Below, in pieces: positions 17,206 to 27,713 of a stretch of DNA of 64,000 nt. The position numbers were made by a program, and so were the translations under genes. A model generated the notes under the pieces. That model ran no database searches, was not told the origin of the DNA, and worked only from the letters and a program-made list of their open reading frames with translations. Source of the DNA: Candidatus Dormiibacterota bacterium (GTDB lineage Archaea > Thermoproteota > Bathyarchaeia > 40CM-2-53-6). Each line of letters opens with the position of its first letter. Position 1 is the stretch's first letter. Location: assembly GCA_035637535.1 (NCBI GenBank), contig DASPWZ010000049.1:42539-106538 (forward strand), written 5' to 3'.

Positions 17206-19134
17206 CTAACGGACTAATCTCCAAAGGATCAGGATTGTTCCAATGATCCCGATGAGCATCGAGCCGAGATAGTTTCCTAGAAGATAGCCTAGGGGCCATG
17301 CGTAGCTAGTGAACCAGTCCCGCATGTACGGGTTCGATTGGTACTCTGACGAGAGAGCCGCGGACAGACCCAGTATTGTGAGGAATTGGCTGATCACAAT
17401 TGCGCCAAGGGTTCTTCCAATTGCATGAGGTTCCCGAACGATTAATTTTGGAGCGACTTTGATCTTTTTCGGCCTTGGGTCGGGAATTAGGAGAGAGCTC
17501 AAAGCTCCGAGGGAGACGAAGATGCCGGCTGTAAACGCAGCCCACCGGGTCCCCTGAGTAAGCGCATCAAAGATGATGCCTCTCGCGGCAGGCCAATTTG
17601 CACCAAAGCTGGCGATGAGCGATGGGTCGATTCCTCCCGATAATCCCGAATTGAAGGCGGCCTTCAAGATAGCGATTCCCGTCTGGCCAAAATTGACCGT
17701 ACTGGCTGCGAGCTCAGCCTGTCCCACGGTGGATATCTGAGCTACTAGTATAGCCCCAATTACAGCGATTCCGAAGGCTGACCCGATCTGTCTAACGGTA
17801 TTGTTGGCCCCAGATCCTAAACCAGCTTTCTGCCAGGGTATGCTCATCAAGACCGTGCTTGTAACCTGGCTGATCGCCAGCCCAACCCCAGCGCCATAGA
17901 CGACAAGGACGGGATAGAGGTAGTAGACGGGGTTGGAGATGCTGATGATCTGAGACATACTGAAGAGCGCAGCAGCCTCCAGAACCATGCCCGTTGTGAT
18001 AATCCACTTGGGTCCGAAGCGAGTAGCTAGAACGCCGGCGATGGGGGCGAATATGAACACTGAGATAGCCATCGGTAGGAATGTGAGACCTGCGCTGATC
18101 GCGGACAATCCCTTGACCGTCTGCAGGAATATTGAGATGATGAAGACCGCCCCAAACTCGCCCATCGCAACGATTGTAACCGTGAATAGCCCATAGCGGA
18201 AGCCCTTGTACTTGAGTAGACTGAAATCAAACAGAGGCACTCTTCCCTTCCTTGCACGGCGAATCTCGTAGAAAGTGAACACGCCAAGTAGAACGATTCC
18301 GGAGATTATCGAGACCAGAGGGAGCGATAGTGGGTTTGAGTTCGACCATGAGAAAGCTCCGGCAGAGAACTCCTGGTTAGGAACCAGCCAACCATAAGTT
18401 TGGGCCTCGATGAGGCCGAACAAGACACTCGCCAAACCGACGGTGATCAAGACTAGCCCAGGATAGTCAGTCGTGTATTTTGGATCTTTGAAGCGAGTCT
18501 CTCTGATAACTAACGCGGCCCCGACTAGGGCGGCGATCCCAATTGGAATATTGATGAAGAACGCCCATCGCCACGAAACGTATGTTGTAAAGTACCCGCC
18601 TAGGACTGGACCTAGAACCGCTGCCGCTCCTGCCGTCGCGCCCCATATGCCAAAAGCTACGTTTCGCGATTTGCCAGTGAACGTCGTGGTTAAGATCGAG
18701 AGAGTGGAGGGAGAGGCCATAGCTGCCCCGAATCCTTGGATGACTCGGCCCACAAGCATCTGGGATAGATTGAGTGAGAATCCGTCGATAATAGATCCGA
18801 CGATGAACGTGGCGATTCCGGCCATGAAGATCAGTTTTCTGCCGAATTCATCGCTCAGTTTCCCCCAAGAGAGGAGGAACGAGCCGAAGATGAGTGCGTA
18901 GAGGGATGTGATCCATTCTAGATCCTTGAGGCTGATGCTGAAGTCTTTCTGGATTTGAGGCAGAGCGACAATCACTATCGTTGCGTCAATGACGATGATC
19001 GCGAGGGAGAGGCTCAGAACGAGTAGAATGAGGAGCTGCTTAGGCTGGATCTTTCCTGATTCTGATTGTGCGGACTGGGCCGCCGATCCTTCCCAGTTCT
19101 GGCCAGACTCCTTGCCTTGATACTCCCGCGACAT
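17206..19134 (-). CDS. MFS transporter, DHA2 (14-TMS drug:H+ antiporter) family, with an N-terminal hydrophilic extension
   Basis: 642 aa. About 14 TM segments. Motifs 'GKLSDEFGRK' and 'LVGRVIQGFGAA'. Confidence 0.8.
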   Translation of the reverse strand: MSREYQGKESGQNWEGSAAQSAQSESGKIQPKQLLILLVLSLSLAIIVIDATIVIVALPQIQKDFSISLKDLEWITSLYALIFGSFLLSWGKLSDEFGRKLIFMAGIATFIVGSIIDGFSLNLSQMLVGRVIQGFGAAMASPSTLSILTTTFTGKSRNVAFGIWGATAGAAAVLGPVLGGYFTTYVSWRWAFFINIPIGIAALVGAALVIRETRFKDPKYTTDYPGLVLITVGLASVLFGLIEAQTYGWLVPNQEFSAGAFSWSNSNPLSLPLVSIISGIVLLGVFTFYEIRRARKGRVPLFDFSLLKYKGFRYGLFTVTIVAMGEFGAVFIISIFLQTVKGLSAISAGLTFLPMAISVFIFAPIAGVLATRFGPKWIITTGMVLEAAALFSMSQIISISNPVYYLYPVLVVYGAGVGLAISQVTSTVLMSIPWQKAGLGSGANNTVRQIGSAFGIAVIGAILVAQISTVGQAELAASTVNFGQTGIAILKAAFNSGLSGGIDPSLIASFGANWPAARGIIFDALTQGTRWAAFTAGIFVSLGALSSLLIPDPRPKKIKVAPKLIVREPHAIGRTLGAIVISQFLTILGLSAALSSEYQSNPYMRDWFTSYAWPLGYLLGNYLGSMLIGIIGTILILWRLVR

Positions 19135-19253
19135 AGGAACACGCCGCTCTGATGGGGGTAATCAACCTCTCTTTTCGCAACTCCTTCGGGAGTCTGAATA
19201 GGATCTCAGACTCCAACATTTTATGTGCCTCATGACTCTCCGGGAGTTCTATC

Positions 19254-20042
19254 ATGACGAATGAGGTCACTGTGATTACTGGTGGGAGCAGCGGAATAGG
19301 AGCGGCCTTAGCCAAGCAACTCGGGTCCAAGGGTCATCAACTCGTACTCGCAGCAAGACGCGAGAAGGAACTGAAGGAGGTTGCGAAACAAGCCGGGACG
19401 AGAGCGTTGGTCGTGCGAACAGATGTCACGCGTAGAGCCGACGTTGAAGATCTTCGGAGCCAAGCACTAAAAGAGTACGGACATGTAGATGTCTGGGTAA
19501 ACAACGCTGGCCGGGGAATCACGAAGTCAGTGCTCGACCTAACAGACCAGGATGTCGACGAGATAACTTCTGTTGTTCTTAAATCGGTTCTCTACGGGAT
19601 GCAAGCTATCATTCCTCACTTTCAAGAACGCGGCCGAGGACATTTGATCAACGTCTCTTCCCTTCTCGGAAGAGTTCCACTCGTGAGCCACCGGTCGATC
19701 TACAGTGCAGCAAAGAGCGGGGTCAACGTACTCACCGCGAACGCGCGCATGGACCTCAAAGCCAAGTATGCTGGAATTCACGTCTCGCTGGTCATGCCTG
19801 GAATGGTCGAGACAGATTTTTACAGAGTTGCCAACACGCCCCAAGTACCAAGAGCAGGCAGTCAAGTCGGCCCGATGATCGTCCAGTCAGCGGAGGAAGT
19901 CGCGGCACAGATTGTACGACTAATCGAGAATCCTGTGGCGGAGCTCTACACGAATCCAGCCTCGGCCGGTCTGGTGTCGCAATACTATCAGGATGTCAGC
20001 AAGTTCGAGGAGAACATGGCTCGGCGAACACCGTCCAGCTAG
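19254..20042 (+). CDS. Short-chain dehydrogenase/reductase (SDR) family oxidoreductase
   Basis: 'TGGSSGIGAA' cofactor motif. Catalytic 'YSAAK' and 'NAG'. Confidence 0.8.
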   Translation: MTNEVTVITGGSSGIGAALAKQLGSKGHQLVLAARREKELKEVAKQAGTRALVVRTDVTRRADVEDLRSQALKEYGHVDVWVNNAGRGITKSVLDLTDQDVDEITSVVLKSVLYGMQAIIPHFQERGRGHLINVSSLLGRVPLVSHRSIYSAAKSGVNVLTANARMDLKAKYAGIHVSLVMPGMVETDFYRVANTPQVPRAGSQVGPMIVQSAEEVAAQIVRLIENPVAELYTNPASAGLVSQYYQDVSKFEENMARRTPSS

Positions 20043-20217
20043 CCCTGCCCAGAAAAGCTGATACTAGTCTCCATCCAGGCTCCGGGGAAAAGTTGTAGAG
20101 CTTCGACGAAGTGGGAGTAGCGTTCCAGGCCAGGGTGTCATGTGCTGAACATTCTAAACTCTGTTTCACCCCACCCCGCACCGACTTCAAATTCCGACTC
20201 ACACTTTGATAGGGATC

Positions 20218-20580
20218 TTATCCAAGTTTCATTTGGCTTCTTCTAGCACTGTGGGCTTCCATGCTGGTCCTTGCGTTTTCATATGCGAGCCGGATGAGTC
20301 TCTTGGCAGCTTCAAGATCTTCCGGCTTCTCGATCCTGAAGCTTACCCATCCGGCCTGAGGAGCAAATCTGTGGGGGAGAGCCGTCCCATTCTTCAGCTC
20401 TTTTTCCTGGTCGCTCTTTGAGAGGCGTATGTCGAGAAAAGACGGTCCGTGGTGGTGCATGAATTCGAGACCTTCAACTTGGAATTCTGTTCCTCCGAAG
20501 CGGTGAGCCTCTTGGGTCACGCCTGGAAGTTGCAATATCCAGGCCTTCAAGCTCTCTAAGAGTTCGTTCCGATCTACCAT
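20218..20580 (-). CDS. Hypothetical protein, possibly MmcQ/YjbR-like
   Basis: 120 aa. Weak pattern resemblance to YjbR-family proteins: 'HRFGGTEFQVEGLEFMHH ... GWVSFRIEKPEDLE ... LAYENA'. Confidence 0.3.
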   Translation of the reverse strand: MVDRNELLESLKAWILQLPGVTQEAHRFGGTEFQVEGLEFMHHHGPSFLDIRLSKSDQEKELKNGTALPHRFAPQAGWVSFRIEKPEDLEAAKRLIRLAYENARTSMEAHSARRSQMKLG

Positions 20581-20709
20581 GACTAGCCCTCACCACTCGT
20601 CAACTGGACGCATGTATTTGTTGACCAGCATCCGCCTTCGGCTCGTTATTTCATAGAGGTTGTATAGAACTAGATAACCACTCAAAAGTCAACAGGAAAG
20701 AGTGACAAT

Positions 20710-21273
20710 ATGGCGCAATCCTCGAAACTTGCGATCCTCGGAATATCTGGCAGCGGGCGAAAAAGATCCTTTAACACTGCTCTACTGGAAGCAGCGAAAC
20801 AGCTTCTCCCACAGAACGCAACTCTTGAAGTCGTTGATGTCTCAAGACTACCACTGTACAATCAGGATCTTGAACATGGAATGCCCGTGGATGTCAAGGA
20901 ACTCAAGAAGAAGATTCGTGACGCTGACGCAATTCTGATCGCCACCCCCGAACACAACTATTCCATCACAGCGATTCTCAAGAACGCGATCGAATGGGGC
21001 AACAGGCCGCCGAAAGACGCCTCGTGGAGCGGCAAACCCGCTGCTATCGTCAGCGCCTCAACGTCGCTGCGAGGAGGAGCCAGAGCTCAACTCCACCTTC
21101 GACAGATCATGATCGACCTAAACATGTACCCGATCAATAGGCCTCAGCTATTGGTCGCGAATGCTCGAGAGAAATTCAATGAAAATCTGCAACTGGCTGA
21201 CGAGGAGACTCTCCAGACCCTACGAGATGTTCTCTCAAGCCTCGTAGAGTGGACGCACAGACTTCAGCGATAA
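20710..21273 (+). CDS. NAD(P)H-dependent FMN reductase (flavodoxin-like fold)
   Basis: 'LAILGISGSGRKRSFNTALLEAA ... ADAILIATPEHNYSITAILKNAIEWG' matches the NADPH-dependent FMN reductase family. Confidence 0.75.
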   Translation: MAQSSKLAILGISGSGRKRSFNTALLEAAKQLLPQNATLEVVDVSRLPLYNQDLEHGMPVDVKELKKKIRDADAILIATPEHNYSITAILKNAIEWGNRPPKDASWSGKPAAIVSASTSLRGGARAQLHLRQIMIDLNMYPINRPQLLVANAREKFNENLQLADEETLQTLRDVLSSLVEWTHRLQR

Positions 21274-21308
21274 CGCCGAATGTCTCGTGAAATCCACATT
21301 CCTACTAC

Positions 21309-21980
21309 TTGAATAAGACTAATGAACCCTATAAAATCGACACGGTCCTCGAAAGAAAAATGCGAAATATCAAACGATGGGCAACAACAACCGTGCTAGC
21401 AGCCGTTATCTTGTTGGTAGTAATCCCCTCAACCACACCCCACGTCTATGGGGCCGCCATTCCCTGCCTCTCCACTTCAAAGTGTAGCATCTCAATCCTA
21501 TCTCCAGGGTCAGGTGCAATTCTAAACAAGGGTCAGACTGTCAACTCATCTTTTCTGGTGTCATTCCTAGTCAACAATTTCACCTTGGTACAACCCGGGA
21601 GGGGGACGCCCTTCGATGTCAACACAACCACAGTGGCTGCTGGTGCCACTAATCCTGCTCACAACGAGGGCCACATACACGTTTTCGTCGACAACGTATA
21701 CGTCACCATCTGGACTAGCACAAACGGCATACCCTTGACACTGGTCCCTGGGACTCATACTATCCGGCTGGACTTAGTAAATGATTTTCACAACGAGTTC
21801 AATCCAGGAATCAACGCAACGACCACGGTAAACGTCGTTGATCCACTTCATTCGGCTGCCAACAGTGCCCAAAGCAATGCTGGTAATGCGATGTACTATA
21901 GTCTCGGTGCCCTAGTAGCCTCTGTCGTAAGCGTCATACTCGTGGCGTACGTTGCGTTCAAACCAAAACCAAAGCCGTAG
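21309..21980 (+). CDS. Secreted, C-terminally membrane-anchored protein with an HxH motif (possibly DUF4399-like)
   Basis: N-terminal TM/signal segment, 'HNEGHIHVFVD', and a C-terminal TM plus 'KPKPKP' tail. Confidence 0.45.
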   Translation: MNKTNEPYKIDTVLERKMRNIKRWATTTVLAAVILLVVIPSTTPHVYGAAIPCLSTSKCSISILSPGSGAILNKGQTVNSSFLVSFLVNNFTLVQPGRGTPFDVNTTTVAAGATNPAHNEGHIHVFVDNVYVTIWTSTNGIPLTLVPGTHTIRLDLVNDFHNEFNPGINATTTVNVVDPLHSAANSAQSNAGNAMYYSLGALVASVVSVILVAYVAFKPKPKP

Positions 21981-21996
21981 TTAGGGGTCGCCTGAT

Positions 21997-22566
21997 TTGG
22001 GGACCCTGCCCCATTTTTTCCAATTCCCACTTCTAAGAATGGGTCTCTCACTGATTCTTGCGAGCCTATGCATTTTTCCTATGCTCCACTCTTCCACACT
22101 GTTTGTTCGAGCCAGCACTCCCACATATTCGGCATCCATAGTTGACTATGCTTACCAACCAAAGGTCATCAACATTACCACGGGAACAGAGGTAATCTGG
22201 ACCTATGTCAGCAGCGGACGGGACAGGCACACCGTCTCCTCAACGCCACAGACGAATATTACCCAGGGAGGGACGCCTCTAATCAGCAGCGGAACTTTGA
22301 ACCCCGGCCAAAGCTTTTCTTACATTTTCTACAAACATGGTTTCTATCCGATTCAATGCGGCTTCCATCCAACGATGAACGGTTTGGTTAATGTAACCGG
22401 GTCTGACATCCAACCGCCTCAGTCACCCGTACAAACCTCCTTTGATTATACTCTGTATGCTGTCGTTGGAGGAGTTGCAGCGATTATCGTTGTAATATCA
22501 ATCGCCGTGCTTATGAAGCGTCGAGCCGGAAAGCAGACTGCCGTACCTGGCCAATCCAGATCCTAA
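21997..22566 (+). CDS. Cupredoxin (plastocyanin/azurin-like blue copper protein), C-terminally membrane anchored
   Basis: Type-1 copper ligand pattern 'H...C..H....M' ('IQCGFHPTMNG'). Signal peptide and C-terminal TM present. Confidence 0.7.
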   Translation: MGTLPHFFQFPLLRMGLSLILASLCIFPMLHSSTLFVRASTPTYSASIVDYAYQPKVINITTGTEVIWTYVSSGRDRHTVSSTPQTNITQGGTPLISSGTLNPGQSFSYIFYKHGFYPIQCGFHPTMNGLVNVTGSDIQPPQSPVQTSFDYTLYAVVGGVAAIIVVISIAVLMKRRAGKQTAVPGQSRS

Positions 22567-22801
22567 ACAGTTGAATCGAAACACCACCTAGCGGGATTTT
22601 CGAGAGAGCCGAAAATGCTCCTTCTGTTTCGTTTCTATGTTGTACCACGGAAGCCAGAGAAGGAGTCCTCAACCTGTAAGTTCCTGCCACCATCGCTGGG
22701 TCCTAGACCTACATTGCATCCAGAACACGTCCTTCGTTAAGCACGTCTCCCACCGTTTCTCTCTTAAGTACATCTCACACGCTTTTCCAAGTGCGACATT
22801 C

Positions 22802-25201
22802 ATGCAGGTAGCGACAACTCAGCCCGAGAAGAACGTTCAGCATGTCAGAGAATACGATCTGCTCCTCGATGTAGATTTTGCTGGTCTCAAATATAGCGGC
22901 AAAGTGACAGTAGATCTAGAATCCCTCGGGGACATATCCCTCAATGCTGTGGGCCAAGAGATCGACAGTGTGAAGTCCCGCGGGAGCAAAGTCCCATTCA
23001 AACATGCAGGGAAGATTCTAGAGATTCAGACGGGCAAGTTCTCGGGTCCGTTAGAAATAGAGTTCAATAGTAAAGTCTCCGACAACTTCACCGGGTTCTA
23101 CAAGGCATCCTTTGGAGAAGGCTACATCCTCACCACTCACCTCGAAGCCGTCCAGGCCCGCAAGGTCTTCCCTTGCCTGGACCATCCCGCTTTCAAGGCA
23201 GTGTTCAAGGTTAGTATCCGGACGGACGCGAATCTCTCCGTCATCTCGAACATGCCCATCGAATCCGAGACAACGCAGGGAGACAAGAAGACTGTCACCT
23301 TCAAGAAGACCCCGAAAATGTCCACATACCTCCTCTACTTGGGCGTTGGAAAATTCGTACAGGAGAAGAGCCGGCACGGCGGGACAGAGCTCTACGCGGC
23401 CTACGCAGACCGGCCGACGGGAAAGATCAATACAGAATTCTCATTCGACGCCACACGAAAAGTCTTAGACTTCTACGAGTCATACTTCGGCATCCCCTAC
23501 CAGCTGCCCAAGCTACACAATGTAGCTGTCCCAGAATTTGCGTACGGTGCCATGGAAAACTGGGGAGCCATAACCTATCGAGAAATTCTTCTACACGTTG
23601 ACAAGGACACGAGCATCCGGGCGAGAAAGTCGGTAGCTCATGTGATCGCGCATGAGATTGCTCATATGTGGTTCGGAGATCTGGTCACGATGAAATGGTG
23701 GGATGACCTCTGGCTGAACGAGAGCTTCGCGACATTCATGGACTTCAAATCCACTGACCGAGCTTATCCAGAATGGAAGGTCTGGCAAGATTTTGTCCGA
23801 ACATCCACATCCGGCGCGATGGGCCGTGACGCTCTGACCAAGACCCATCCAATAATGGCGAAGGTCCATGACCCCGAGGAGATAGAGGAATTATTCGACG
23901 AGATAAGCTACGGAAAGGGCGCAAGCATTCTGCGCATGATCGAAGCATATATTGGCTCAGAGAATTTCAAGAAAGGCGTCGCTCGGTATTTGCAGAAATT
24001 CCGCTACAGCAACGCCTCGGGTCACGATCTCTGGTCGAGCCTCCAAGAAGCATCCGGGACGGATGTTAGCCGAATCATGGAAGGCTGGATTAGCCAAGAA
24101 GGCTTTCCGGTCGTAAAAGCCTCGTTGGCCGACGGTAGACTGGTGCTTGAACAGGAGAGGTTTCTCCTGACCGGTGGGACGTCCAAGCAAACCTGGCCGA
24201 TCCCTGTTACAATGAATGTTGACGGCAAGACGCAATCGTTATTGCTCGACAAGAAAAAGGGCGAGGTAAACCTCCCAACAACACCACGATCTCTCAAATT
24301 AAACGTTGACCAGACGGGATTCTACGTCGTCCAGTACAATGGAAAGGAACTGCTAGACCTTGTCTGGAAGAGCGGGCTCTCTCCGCTCGACCGTTGGGGA
24401 TTGATCAGCGACGCCAAAGCCTTTCTCCTGTCCGGACGGACGTCTTTCAAAGAATACATCAAACTAGTCGAGAAGTATCAGAACGAGGAGGAGTATCTTC
24501 CCGCGGTCGAAGTCTCCGACCAGCTCTCATTCCTATACCAGATCGCACCCTCAAAACTAATCGAGACTTCCCGCAAATTCCATAATGCTGGCCTCAGAAT
24601 CTTCGAGGGCAAGAAGGACGACAATAGCACCACCCTGAAGGGCATCATCGCCGTCCGCCTGACTCTGCTAGACGATGTCTATGCGAAGAAGGCCGGTTCT
24701 AAGCTCAATGACCTAGCCAATGTAGAGCCGGACATGAAACGATCAGTTGTTATGGGATACGCTAGATTATCAAACGACTATGACGGCCTCATCAGCAGAT
24801 ATACAGAGAGCACGACGGACGAAGAACGACTAAGATACTTGGAAGGATTAGCCAGCTTCAAGAAGCCCGAACTAGTAGCAAAAACACTGGACTTCGCATT
24901 GAGCAGCAAGGTAAAGAGACAAGACGTCCGCAACGTGATCCTCTACGCCACCGCCAACCCAGATGCGAAAACATCCCTCTGGGAATGGTTCAAGAAGAAC
25001 ATGGCAAAGTTAGAGGAGATGTACGCTGGAACGGCCCAGTTCTCCATCATATTACGAGAATACTTCTCGATTGTCGGCGTCGGCCGCGCGGCTGAGGTCG
25101 AGAAATTCTTCAGCGAGCACAAGGTTATCGGAGCCGACATCGCTTTGGAAAGATTGAGAATCTACGACCAGCTCGCAAAGAAGATCGGTGCAACCACTTA
25201 G
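22802..25201 (+). CDS. M1-family aminopeptidase (aminopeptidase N / tricorn-interacting factor F3-like)
   Basis: 'GAMENWG', 'HEIAHMWFGDLVT' (HExxH) and 'WLNESFA'. The start is placed at ATG 22802; the ORF-track N-extension has no homology. Confidence 0.85.
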   Translation: MQVATTQPEKNVQHVREYDLLLDVDFAGLKYSGKVTVDLESLGDISLNAVGQEIDSVKSRGSKVPFKHAGKILEIQTGKFSGPLEIEFNSKVSDNFTGFYKASFGEGYILTTHLEAVQARKVFPCLDHPAFKAVFKVSIRTDANLSVISNMPIESETTQGDKKTVTFKKTPKMSTYLLYLGVGKFVQEKSRHGGTELYAAYADRPTGKINTEFSFDATRKVLDFYESYFGIPYQLPKLHNVAVPEFAYGAMENWGAITYREILLHVDKDTSIRARKSVAHVIAHEIAHMWFGDLVTMKWWDDLWLNESFATFMDFKSTDRAYPEWKVWQDFVRTSTSGAMGRDALTKTHPIMAKVHDPEEIEELFDEISYGKGASILRMIEAYIGSENFKKGVARYLQKFRYSNASGHDLWSSLQEASGTDVSRIMEGWISQEGFPVVKASLADGRLVLEQERFLLTGGTSKQTWPIPVTMNVDGKTQSLLLDKKKGEVNLPTTPRSLKLNVDQTGFYVVQYNGKELLDLVWKSGLSPLDRWGLISDAKAFLLSGRTSFKEYIKLVEKYQNEEEYLPAVEVSDQLSFLYQIAPSKLIETSRKFHNAGLRIFEGKKDDNSTTLKGIIAVRLTLLDDVYAKKAGSKLNDLANVEPDMKRSVVMGYARLSNDYDGLISRYTESTTDEERLRYLEGLASFKKPELVAKTLDFALSSKVKRQDVRNVILYATANPDAKTSLWEWFKKNMAKLEEMYAGTAQFSIILREYFSIVGVGRAAEVEKFFSEHKVIGADIALERLRIYDQLAKKIGATT

Positions 25202-25292
25202 GATTCAATTGTTAATTCTTGGTGTGGCTTGGCCGCTCTTTCGTTGTTCGTGAGACGAGGCAGTGGGAGCTGTTCAGTTAATTGGGAAAATG

Positions 25293-25314
25293 TGGGGAGG
25301 ATTTGAACCCACGT
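25293..25314 (-). repeat. tRNA 3'-end-like fragment: T-arm plus partial acceptor, a decayed copy of the tRNA-Leu 3' end
   Basis: The minus-strand sequence 'GTGGGTTCAAATCCTCCCCACA' shares 'GTGGGTTCAAATCC' with the tRNA-Leu T-arm at 28202-28325. No complete cloverleaf could be folded around it. Confidence 0.35.
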
Positions 25315-25456
25315 CGCGCTCAGCCGAGCCCTCCGTGGACGTTTCTTCATTTGAATTTCTATTTTCGTCGGACATGTTGGTCACCCATGTAATTGTGCTT
25401 GGCTAGCTAAGAACATTCCGGCCGATTTACCAAGTAAGCGACGACGATAGCGGTAC

Positions 25457-25675
25457 ATGAAGTACATGGCCGATGCCAGTCTAGCGCACATTGCTCCGAA
25501 ACTCCGAGACAGAGGCTCAGATTGCGATGCGGTTCAGTTGTTGATGAGGAAGAATGAACACTCTCAAGAGCACATTTCGGATGGCGAGATTGCAAGCATC
25601 CCCAAGAAGGACAAGGTCGCCATCACAATGATCGACTCCGGTATCACCTTCGAAAAGGTAGCCTTGTCTCTCTAA
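25457..25675 (+). CDS. Short PIN-like (Mut7-C / DUF5615-like) protein, possibly truncated
   Basis: N-terminus 'MKYMADASLAHIAPKLRDRG' resembles the DUF5615 start. It is only 72 aa, and no DUF433 partner was found. Confidence 0.25.
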   Translation: MKYMADASLAHIAPKLRDRGSDCDAVQLLMRKNEHSQEHISDGEIASIPKKDKVAITMIDSGITFEKVALSL

Positions 25676-25725
25676 AGATTGCCTAGTCTTAAATACGAAG
25701 AGTCCAGAGTTGGCAATGAAAATCA

Positions 25726-26259
25726 TTGCGCAAACCAAAGATAATGATTCAAATCGGATCGTGTTGTGCCATCCTTGCGGCTCTATCGGTCCTGTCGATT
25801 GGCGTTCCCGTTGTTCACGCGTATGGTAACGCTGCACTTTGGCAGATCGCGCTATCGCAGAACTGCAATAATCCATCCTTCTGCACTCCATTCCAAGGCG
25901 GTTTCTGGCTCTGGGCAGAGTTTGACAGCGACGGTACAGGAGACGCCACCGGTACCGGTTGTGCCCACCTTGTTGCTGGAGGCTCACCAGGAGCGGGCGC
26001 GGACCACTTCAACGCGGATATTCAAGGTTGGACCGTAATGCCCGGCAGCGCAGGACCTCTAACCTTCTTCGTGTTAGGCGGAACCATGACTCTTACTAGC
26101 CATACTGGCGGACCCCCCGTAACAGTCCCAATAGCTCCCCTACCACTTGACACCGGCATTCCCGCCGTAGCTGGTCACTTTTCCACATCAATGATTCTAG
26201 GGTTCACACCGCCGCCTGGCGTGACTTTCGTCATACAAGTAGTGCATTTGACTCATTAG
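25726..26259 (+). CDS. Secreted hypothetical protein (signal peptide; Gly/Thr-rich)
   Basis: N-terminal 'MRKPKIMIQIGSCCAILAALSVLSIGVPVVHA' signal peptide. No known motif. Confidence 0.45.
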   Translation: MRKPKIMIQIGSCCAILAALSVLSIGVPVVHAYGNAALWQIALSQNCNNPSFCTPFQGGFWLWAEFDSDGTGDATGTGCAHLVAGGSPGAGADHFNADIQGWTVMPGSAGPLTFFVLGGTMTLTSHTGGPPVTVPIAPLPLDTGIPAVAGHFSTSMILGFTPPPGVTFVIQVVHLTH

Positions 26260-26572
26260 ATCAGATCAATCCTTCCTCTCCTTTTTCTTCTAATTATTAC
26301 TACTTTGGGACCCCATACAGGGTCCGGTCGTGCGCATACGGGTGTGAGAGGGGACGGTCAACATTATGCGTCAAGATTTGCGCGACTCCGATTTGTTCGT
26401 TCGGGTCCGATTCGGAAATAATAAACAAGCATATAGTCAATTACTAAGCAGGTCAGTGAGCCACCGAGACCTCGTTGACAAAGGCCTAGGCTCCTTGTGA
26501 TTGGAGGCTGGATTCTGTACCGAGATACAACTATTCAAATAGAAGCCTCTCCGGCATTCAAACGCGAACAGC

Positions 26573-26992
26573 ATGCAATCTCAGCAGCAAACTAAAGGCG
26601 AGGTAATCGCCGAGCTACGGGGGAAGACCGACAGCTTCAGCATCAAAGACATCAGTTCTAGCGGTGTCAAGATGGAGAACAACGACGTTGGCCAGATCAC
26701 AGGCAAGTACCAGGCCAGTTTCATGGAAACGATCAGTATCCACGTGAAAACTGACGGTACAAGCGACTGGGAAGGCAAAGGCATCCAAATGGCAGGGCAG
26801 GACATGGTCGTCACCACGAGTAAAGGTCATGGTCATCAAGCCGGTCCAGGAACAATCGCATTCGAGGGAGACGTTCACTTCATGACCCAATCACCGCGCC
26901 TATCATGGCTCAACAACACAAAGGGATGGGTCGAAGGATCAGCCAACCAGGCTGATCAGACGTTCACCGCAAAAGTCTACGCCAAACAGTGA
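26573..26992 (+). CDS. Hypothetical protein (139 aa)
   Basis: ORF with balanced composition. No family recognised. Confidence 0.4.
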   Translation: MQSQQQTKGEVIAELRGKTDSFSIKDISSSGVKMENNDVGQITGKYQASFMETISIHVKTDGTSDWEGKGIQMAGQDMVVTTSKGHGHQAGPGTIAFEGDVHFMTQSPRLSWLNNTKGWVEGSANQADQTFTAKVYAKQ

Positions 26993-27713
26993 CAACACAA
27001 CCGCTCTAACATCCAACTTCTCCTTTTTTTTCGCGGCCTAGAAGAGGTCTGTCATGACGTCCGGCCAATGAACAATCCAGAATTTACGTGGGGCTGTACA
27101 CGTTGTTGTTGAGAATATTTCCCGGGTACCCCATTCTATCAATAGCTGACTCTCCTAGGCACTACCACTTCAAAATGCCACCGCGTGCATTCATAGGTTT
27201 GACTCGGGAGGGGCATTCGTTTCGGTGGAGAAGGATCTCCATGGGATGCGACAATTCGCCGAGATAAGCAAACGTCCCAATGCTTCACGTATGCACCGCT
27301 AAAGGCGTAACCCGGACAACGGCTTCCGATTACTATTGTAACGTGGACAAAAACGTCACTGTTTGATTACCGAAAAAATCTGGTGATAAACAACCCAATT
27401 GGTCCCCACCAACTCCACAATCCTCAGTGATGTTCGCTTTCCTATTGTCTTGAGAGGGACCGCGAACGCATTTGCCTATGCGGTGGTGCTGTTGAGTAAG
27501 TAGAAAAGTCCGCAAACAAATGACAACGGCATGCGGACCTGATTGCTGACGGCGCTCTCTTCCCCTTCGGCTAATACGGTCATGAGGGGAAGAGAAGTTA
27601 GCCAACCCGTCAATTATGACAACCGCGGTCGTCTTTCTCTGTTCCTCCTCTTAGTTTTGTGCACACATACTTATCAGCGCGCTCCCCGCTGGGGATGAAA
27701 AGGGAGGGATACC

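Noticed and set aside
25261-25400. Attempt to call a complete (possibly intron-containing) tRNA around the T-arm-like segment at 25293-25314
   Set aside because: No acceptor-stem partner, D-arm or anticodon arm could be folded on either strand. It is treated as a decayed tRNA 3' fragment (att-like remnant) instead.
25517-25987. 156-aa minus-strand ORF overlapping the secreted-protein gene
   Set aside because: It is Arg-rich with low complexity. The overlapping plus-strand ORF has a clean signal peptide and is preferred.
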